Source: Longivirga aurantiaca (GTDB lineage Bacteria; Actinomycetota; Actinomycetes; S36-B12; CAIYMF01). Taken from it: a stretch of DNA of 20,282 nucleotides. How positions within the stretch are numbered: position 1 is the first letter of the stretch; each line of letters begins with the position of its first letter. Positions 16,234-20,282 of this stretch are shown here, piece after piece. A program made the translations under genes and the position numbers. Under the pieces are notes generated by a model. It was not told the origin of the DNA. It was given only the letters and a program-made list of their open reading frames with translations, and searched no databases. The DNA lies in NCBI RefSeq assembly GCF_042660085.1, contig NZ_JBHSTI010000044.1, positions 1 through 20,282 on the forward strand, given 5' to 3'.

Positions 16234-16239
16234 ATTGTA
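16234..16239 (-). promoter_or_regulatory. Consensus-like -10 hexamer (TACAAT) placing +1 on the G of GTG 16227 (leaderless transcript)
   Basis: Minus strand GTACAATCGGCCGGTGACC; six bases separate TACAAT from the GTG. No convincing -35. Confidence 0.5.
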
Positions 16240-16390
16240 CGGGCCCCCGGAGGCAGCGCCTGCGCCCGTGCTCTGCCCCAGGATGCCCACGACGGATAGG
16301 GACGCTGGGATGTCTGCGTGCGTTCCACGGTCAGGGCGTGGGAGGCCCGTTCCTCGTGCTGGGAGGGGCTCGTCGTGACGTACGCCACGC

Positions 16391-17317
16391 TCAACCGGGC
16401 TGCTGCAGGCCGAGCCGCATGCGGGCGGCCCGCTCGGCTGGCGAGGTCGACGACAGAGCCCACATGAGGATGTCGATCATGCCGCGGGCGGCCCTCACCG
16501 CTCCCGGGCGCTGCGGCAGGCCGAGCAGAGCGGCGTCGGCCGGGTCGAGCGTGGCGGCAGCCGCGAGTGCGAGCACGCGGTAGGGCGCGCGGTAGGCGAT
16601 CGGCAGGTTCGGTGCGCGCAGGAACGCGGCGACGTCCTCGGTGGCGGGGGCGCGGCCGAAGCCGGGGTCGGCGCGGTACTCGTCGAGCTGCGCGCGGAGC
16701 TCGGCCTGCGTCTGAGGGAGGTCGGTCGCGCCGAGCAGCTCGGCCGAGGCCGCCCACTCGGCCACGTACGCGTCGGGACCGCCCGGGATCTCGCGGCTGC
16801 CGAGCGCGAGGTGCGCGGTGAGGAAGGAGTCGGTGAACGCGTCGTGCACCCAGCGCAGCAGATCCGGGTCGGACGCGGAGTAGGGCCGGCCGTCCGGGCC
16901 GGTGCCCGTGACGCGCTCGTGCATGCTGCGCACTGCGGCGGCCGTCGCCTGCGCGGTGGCGACGTCGGCGAAAGTCGTGATCACGAGCCACTGCGTCGTA
17001 CGCCGGAGCCGCCCGATGGTGTCGGTGCGGTACGCCGAGTGCTCGGCGACGCCGGTGACCGCGCCCGGCTGCAGCGCCTGCATCATGAGCGCGCGCACGC
17101 CGCCGACCAGGGTGCTGAGGGAGCCGTGCACGACCCACGAGGGGCCGTCGGGCTCGACGAGGCAGTCGGCGTCGCCGGTCGCGATGCGTGCCACCCACGG
17201 AGGCGTGCCATTCGGGTCGCCCGACAGGAGCGTGCGGAACATGCGGGCGACGAGCGGCACGTTGGCCTGCGGGACCTGCAGCGGCTCGGAGGCGGGGCTG
17301 AGGTCCGACGCGGTCAT
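16391..17317 (-). CDS. Oxygenase MpaB family / DUF2236 protein
   Basis: From MTASDLSPASEPLQ with GGAGG just upstream; GGVRALMMQALQPGAVTGVAEHSAYRTDTIGRLRRTTQWLVITTFAD and LLRWVHDAFTDSFLTAH are typical of the family. Confidence 0.82.
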   Translation of the reverse strand: MTASDLSPASEPLQVPQANVPLVARMFRTLLSGDPNGTPPWVARIATGDADCLVEPDGPSWVVHGSLSTLVGGVRALMMQALQPGAVTGVAEHSAYRTDTIGRLRRTTQWLVITTFADVATAQATAAAVRSMHERVTGTGPDGRPYSASDPDLLRWVHDAFTDSFLTAHLALGSREIPGGPDAYVAEWAASAELLGATDLPQTQAELRAQLDEYRADPGFGRAPATEDVAAFLRAPNLPIAYRAPYRVLALAAAATLDPADAALLGLPQRPGAVRAARGMIDILMWALSSTSPAERAARMRLGLQQPG

Positions 17318-17408
17318 GCCTCCACCATGCCCGACTGCGCAGGGGATGCAATTCGGCCACCTGCACGGTGGCGCGCGGCCGCGCGCCCGCGACCGGCATG
17401 ATCGCGGC

Positions 17409-18443
17409 GTGGATCCCTCAACCGACCAGCCCGTCGTACGCCGCATCGCCCTCGTCGGGCTGGGGAGCGTCGGCCGGGCGCTGGCGGTCCTGGTGGCCGA
17501 GCGGCACGAGCAGATCGTGGCCGAGCTCGGCGTCGATCTGCGCATCACCGGCGTCATGACGCGGACGCTCGGCCTCGTCGACGCTGCCGACGGTCTCGAC
17601 CTGGCCGAGCTCGCGCGCGGAGCTGCCTCAGGCGGTCGGCCCTATGACGTGCGGGAGGTCGGCGCCTGGCTGGAGCACAGCCGGGCCGACGTCCTCGTCG
17701 AGGCGAGCGTCGTCGACCTCGACTCCGGGGAGCCGGCCACGGGCTTCCTGCGCGAGGCGCTGGGCCGCGGCATCCACGGGGTCACCGCCAACAAGGGGCC
17801 GGTGGTGCACGCGTATCGCGAGCTGACGGCCCTCGCCGATGCCCACGGCGTGCGGTTCCGGTTCGAGGCCGCCACCGCCGACTGCCTGCCGATCTACAAC
17901 CTCTACCGCGAGTCGCTGCCGCTGGACCGGCCGCACCGCTTCCGCGGGATGGTCAACGGCACGACGACGGTGATCCTCGAGACCATCGAGGCGGGCGGCA
18001 CGTACGCCGACGGCGTGGCCGAGGCGCAGCGCCGGGGGATCGCAGAGGCGGACCCGAGCCTCGACGTCGACGGACACGACGCGGCGGTGAAGGTGATCGC
18101 GATCGCGAACGTGCTCATGGGTGCCGACCTCCGGCTGACCGACATCGCCGTGACGGGCATCCGGGACCTCGACCCGGTCGAGGCGCGCGACGCCGCTTCC
18201 GCCGGCACGCCGATCCGCCTCGTGGCCGAGATCGAGTCCGTCGACGGCGTCGTGCACGCGCGCGTCGCCCCGGAGCGGCTCGATGCCCGCGACCCGTTCG
18301 TGCGCGTCGGCGGCGACGACCTGGCCGTCCACTTCGACGGCGACCTCATGCCCGGGATCACCGTCGTCGGGCACGGCCTCACGCCCCGTGAGACGGCGTA
18401 CGGCGTGCTGTCGGACATCGTTGGAGTGCTGCGCGGGCGCTGA
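17409..18443 (+). CDS. Homoserine dehydrogenase-like NAD(P)-binding protein (no ACT domain)
   Basis: From GTG 17409; IALVGLGSVGRALA, GVTANKGPVVHAY, FRGMVNGTTTVILETIE, AEADPSLDVDGHDAAVKVIAIANVLMG. Confidence 0.82.
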   Translation: MDPSTDQPVVRRIALVGLGSVGRALAVLVAERHEQIVAELGVDLRITGVMTRTLGLVDAADGLDLAELARGAASGGRPYDVREVGAWLEHSRADVLVEASVVDLDSGEPATGFLREALGRGIHGVTANKGPVVHAYRELTALADAHGVRFRFEAATADCLPIYNLYRESLPLDRPHRFRGMVNGTTTVILETIEAGGTYADGVAEAQRRGIAEADPSLDVDGHDAAVKVIAIANVLMGADLRLTDIAVTGIRDLDPVEARDAASAGTPIRLVAEIESVDGVVHARVAPERLDARDPFVRVGGDDLAVHFDGDLMPGITVVGHGLTPRETAYGVLSDIVGVLRGR

Positions 18444-18974
18444 TCCTCTGCCGGCGGTCAGGGCTGGGAGACGACGAGGCCGGCCTGCGAGGACTCACGT
18501 GTGCGACGGGTTCCGAAGAGTGTGGACATGGTTCCTGCTCCTGACGGTCTCGGCAGTGCTGCGGCGCCCCTTGCTCGTGGGGCTGACGGGAACGACTCTC
18601 CTCAGCCAGCGCGTGCGGCACCGTGGCCGCGGCGACCGTCGTACCGTCGTCGTGCTGACAGAGGTCACCGCCGCTGCACCGTGCGGGCAGGTCCGGCTCG
18701 TGGACGTCGACGGCTCGGTGCTGACCGGGCCTGCCGCCGGCGAGCTGGAGGTGTCGGTCGACGGCGTGCATCGGGCCGAGGGCATCGGGGGCTCCGTGAG
18801 ACGAAGCAAGCCGATCGACCGCGGGTCGTCGAGGGAATGCACGTCGACAGTCCACTCGTGGCGGTACCCCTCCGGCCCTCTCTCGCATCGACGAGAGGCG
18901 GCAGTGGAGTGCTCATGGCGCCAGCGCGGGTGGGACACTGATGGTGCAACCCGGATTCACGGGAGGTGAGTTCG

Positions 18975-19361
18975 ATGACGACACCTGCCATGCCGGCTGG
19001 GGCCACACCGACGCGGCACCAGAGCCAGCCACGCCGACGCTCCACCACCCTTACCTGGTGGTCGCTGGCGATGATCCCTGCCTCTGTGGTCAGCGCGGTC
19101 CTTGCCTTCGTCCTCGGAGCCGTGCTGATGGCCGCCACGGGAACACCGGAGGGCGCGCTGCTGACCTCGGCAGGACTTGAGGGATGGCTCGCGTGGTTCG
19201 CGGTGCTGCTGACGTTCCTGTCCGCCCCGGTCGCGGGCGTCGTGCTCGCGGTCCTCGCGCGGCGCTCTGGTGGTGGCGGACGGGCCATCCTTGCCCTCGT
19301 GGTCAACGGCTGCATCGCGGCGTACTTCGTGGTCAGCGCTGTCGGGAACCTGTTCCTGTAG
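18975..19361 (+). CDS. Small membrane protein (128 aa, about 3 TM segments)
   Basis: MTTPAMPAGATPTRHQSQPRRRSTTLTWWSLAMIPASVVSAVLAFVLGAVLMAATG...; GGGAGGTGAG about 7 nt upstream of the second in-frame start; hydrophobic segments. Confidence 0.6.
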   Translation: MTTPAMPAGATPTRHQSQPRRRSTTLTWWSLAMIPASVVSAVLAFVLGAVLMAATGTPEGALLTSAGLEGWLAWFAVLLTFLSAPVAGVVLAVLARRSGGGGRAILALVVNGCIAAYFVVSAVGNLFL

Positions 19362-19493
19362 CGCGCCACTGGTATGCGGTCGACCGGCCGATCGGCTTCC
19401 GCGATCCAAACCGGCGCATGCACCCGCGCCCCATCGGTGGGGTCGTTCACGCCCCCACATCGCACGTGCTGCGGCCCGTGACCTGAGCAAACA

Positions 19494-19530
19494 ACGAAGC
19501 CGACCCAGCCCGTCGGCGGATCGGCTTCGT
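19494..19530. repeat. Perfect 10-bp inverted repeat, 17-nt spacer
   Basis: ACGAAGCCGA (19494-19503) and TCGGCTTCGT (19521-19530). Confidence 0.6.
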
Positions 19531-19552
19531 CGTGCTGCTGTCTCAAACAACG

Positions 19553-19594
19553 CGCGCCCGAGAGGGCTCGAACCTCTGACCTTCTGATCCGTAG
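19553..19594 (-). pseudogene. 3' fragment of tRNA-Arg(ACG), probable attachment-site remnant
   Basis: Minus strand CTACGGATCAGAAGGTCAGAGGTTCGAGCCCTCTCGGGCGCG: anticodon loop CTACGGA (anticodon ACG), 3' anticodon stem, variable loop, T-arm AGAGG/TTCGAGC/CCTCT, acceptor 3' strand CGGGCGC and discriminator G. Upstream sequence GCACGATCCGGGGCGCG cannot form the 5' half. Confidence 0.78.
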
Positions 19595-19644
19595 CGCGCC
19601 CCGGATCGTGCTCGGGCATGTCGTGAGTGCAAGCGCACCAACGG

Positions 19645-19680
19645 ATTTCGGCCTCGGAGGGGTCCGAACAGGCCGGAAAT
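19645..19680. repeat. Imperfect inverted repeat / two-tier hairpin
   Basis: ATTTCGGCCT and AGGCCGGAAAT pair with one bulge, around inner CGGA-GGGG-TCCG. Confidence 0.5.
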
Positions 19681-19773
19681 GGTACGAAGAGATGGCACGA
19701 GAAAAGGCACGGCTGGACCCGAACGATCACTCATCTCGTAGTGGTTGCGTCGTCAGACGCGGGGTGCTCGAAT

Positions 19774-19895
19774 CCCCGCCGTCTGTCGTGCCGCGCGACC
19801 GCGTTCCCCATACCCAGCGGAAAGCCCGTGCCCGGCTGCTAGCGTGCCAACGCCGTCCAGGGAGGGGCCCAGTCCGGGCACGACAGACGGCGGGG
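19774..19895. repeat. Perfect 19-bp inverted repeat separated by 84 nt, upstream of the truncated secreted protein gene
   Basis: CCCCGCCGTCTGTCGTGCC (19774-19792) and GGCACGACAGACGGCGGGG (19877-19895). A near copy CAGACGCGGGG begins at 19755, giving an alternative hairpin. Confidence 0.8.
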
Positions 19896-19908
19896 AACGA
19901 GGCGAGGC

Positions 19909-20282
19909 ATGTCCAGTCGTTCGACGCTCGGGCGGCGCAGAGGCTTGATCGGCTTCGTAGCAGGCGTCGTGGTGACGGCCGCCGTCGTGGGCGGCGGCGC
20001 CGCGATCGCCGCAATCCCGTCGACGACGACATCGACTTACACCGCGTGCGTGAACAAGACCAGTGGTGCGACCCGCGTCATCGACTACCAGGGTGGCAAG
20101 CGCTGCACCACCGCCGAGCGAACCATTACCTGGGGCAAGGGCTACCGAAATCGCGGCGCCTGGTCTGCCACAACCACCTACGCGCCCCTCGACGTGGTCC
20201 TCACGAAGGGGTCGTCGTACGTGGCCAAGATCGCCTCCACCGGCAAGGCGCCCGTCTCCAACACCTCCTCGTGGGCGCTGCT
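19909..20282 (+). CDS. Secreted or cell-surface protein with carbohydrate-binding (CBM5/12-like) motif, truncated at the window edge
   Basis: ATG 19909 opens MSSRSTLGRRRGLIGFVAGVVVTAAVVGGGAAIAAIPSTTTSTYTACVNKTSGATRVIDYQGGKRCTTAERTITWGKGYRNRGAWSATTTYAPLDVVLTKGSSYVAKIASTGKAPVSNTSSWAL. It has a signal/TM segment and a W-x-Y-x-x-x-D-V-V...Y-V-A pattern. Absent from the ORF track because it runs off the end. Confidence 0.7.
   Translation, partial: MSSRSTLGRRRGLIGFVAGVVVTAAVVGGGAAIAAIPSTTTSTYTACVNKTSGATRVIDYQGGKRCTTAERTITWGKGYRNRGAWSATTTYAPLDVVLTKGSSYVAKIASTGKAPVSNTSSWAL

Noticed and set aside
18283-18969. 228-aa plus-strand ORF after the homoserine-dehydrogenase-like gene, containing a short hydrophobic patch (WFLLLTVSAVLRRPLLVGL) and QVRLVDVDGSVLTGP
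   Set aside because: Begins inside the preceding gene, has mixed low-complexity composition, and no clear RBS or family. It may be a degraded or small membrane protein but I cannot support it.
19752-19792. tRNA T-arm-like sequence GCGGGGTGCTCGAATCCCCGC
   Set aside because: Loop is 9 nt instead of 7 and no matching acceptor 5' strand, D-arm or anticodon arm could be found upstream, so it was not called as a tRNA; treated as part of the inverted-repeat structure.
1-20282. CRISPR arrays, rRNA, transposase, integrase or toxin/defence genes
   Set aside because: No regularly spaced direct repeats and no recognisable transposase, integrase, nuclease or toxin motifs were seen in either strand of the window.

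Overview
High-GC, actinobacterial-like window. The most interesting content is a coenzyme M (CoM) locus at about 1..10407. It contains a ComA-like phosphosulfolactate synthase (1847..2701 +) that converges on a compact five-gene minus-strand operon (9149 down to 2738). That operon encodes an argininosuccinate-lyase-like fumarase/aspartase-superfamily enzyme, a close homolog of 2-oxopropyl-CoM reductase/carboxylase (2-KPCC), an uncharacterised Cys/His-containing 319-aa protein, an adenylosuccinate-lyase-like enzyme, and a D-cysteine-desulfhydrase/ACC-deaminase-like PLP enzyme. A separate minus-strand pair carries a MetE-C-terminal-like zinc thiol transferase (epoxyalkane:CoM transferase type) and a 62-aa zinc-ribbon protein with a CGCGCG tail, followed by a perfect 20-bp hairpin. 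The left edge cuts a flavoprotein disulfide oxidoreductase. No alkene monooxygenase and no hydroxypropyl-CoM short-chain dehydrogenase are visible, so the substrate is unknown. To the right lie a zinc-less-type MDR oxidoreductase, a multi-pass transporter, a beta-propeller plus pyruvyl-transferase-like fusion protein, an acyltransferase-3/SGNH protein, a MpaB/DUF2236-like protein, a homoserine-dehydrogenase-like protein and a small membrane protein. At 19553..19594 (-) there is a 3'-only fragment of tRNA-Arg(ACG) that starts exactly in the anticodon loop, resembling an integration-site scar. It is followed by several inverted repeats and a truncated secreted protein. All calls come from reading motifs by eye; no database search was run.
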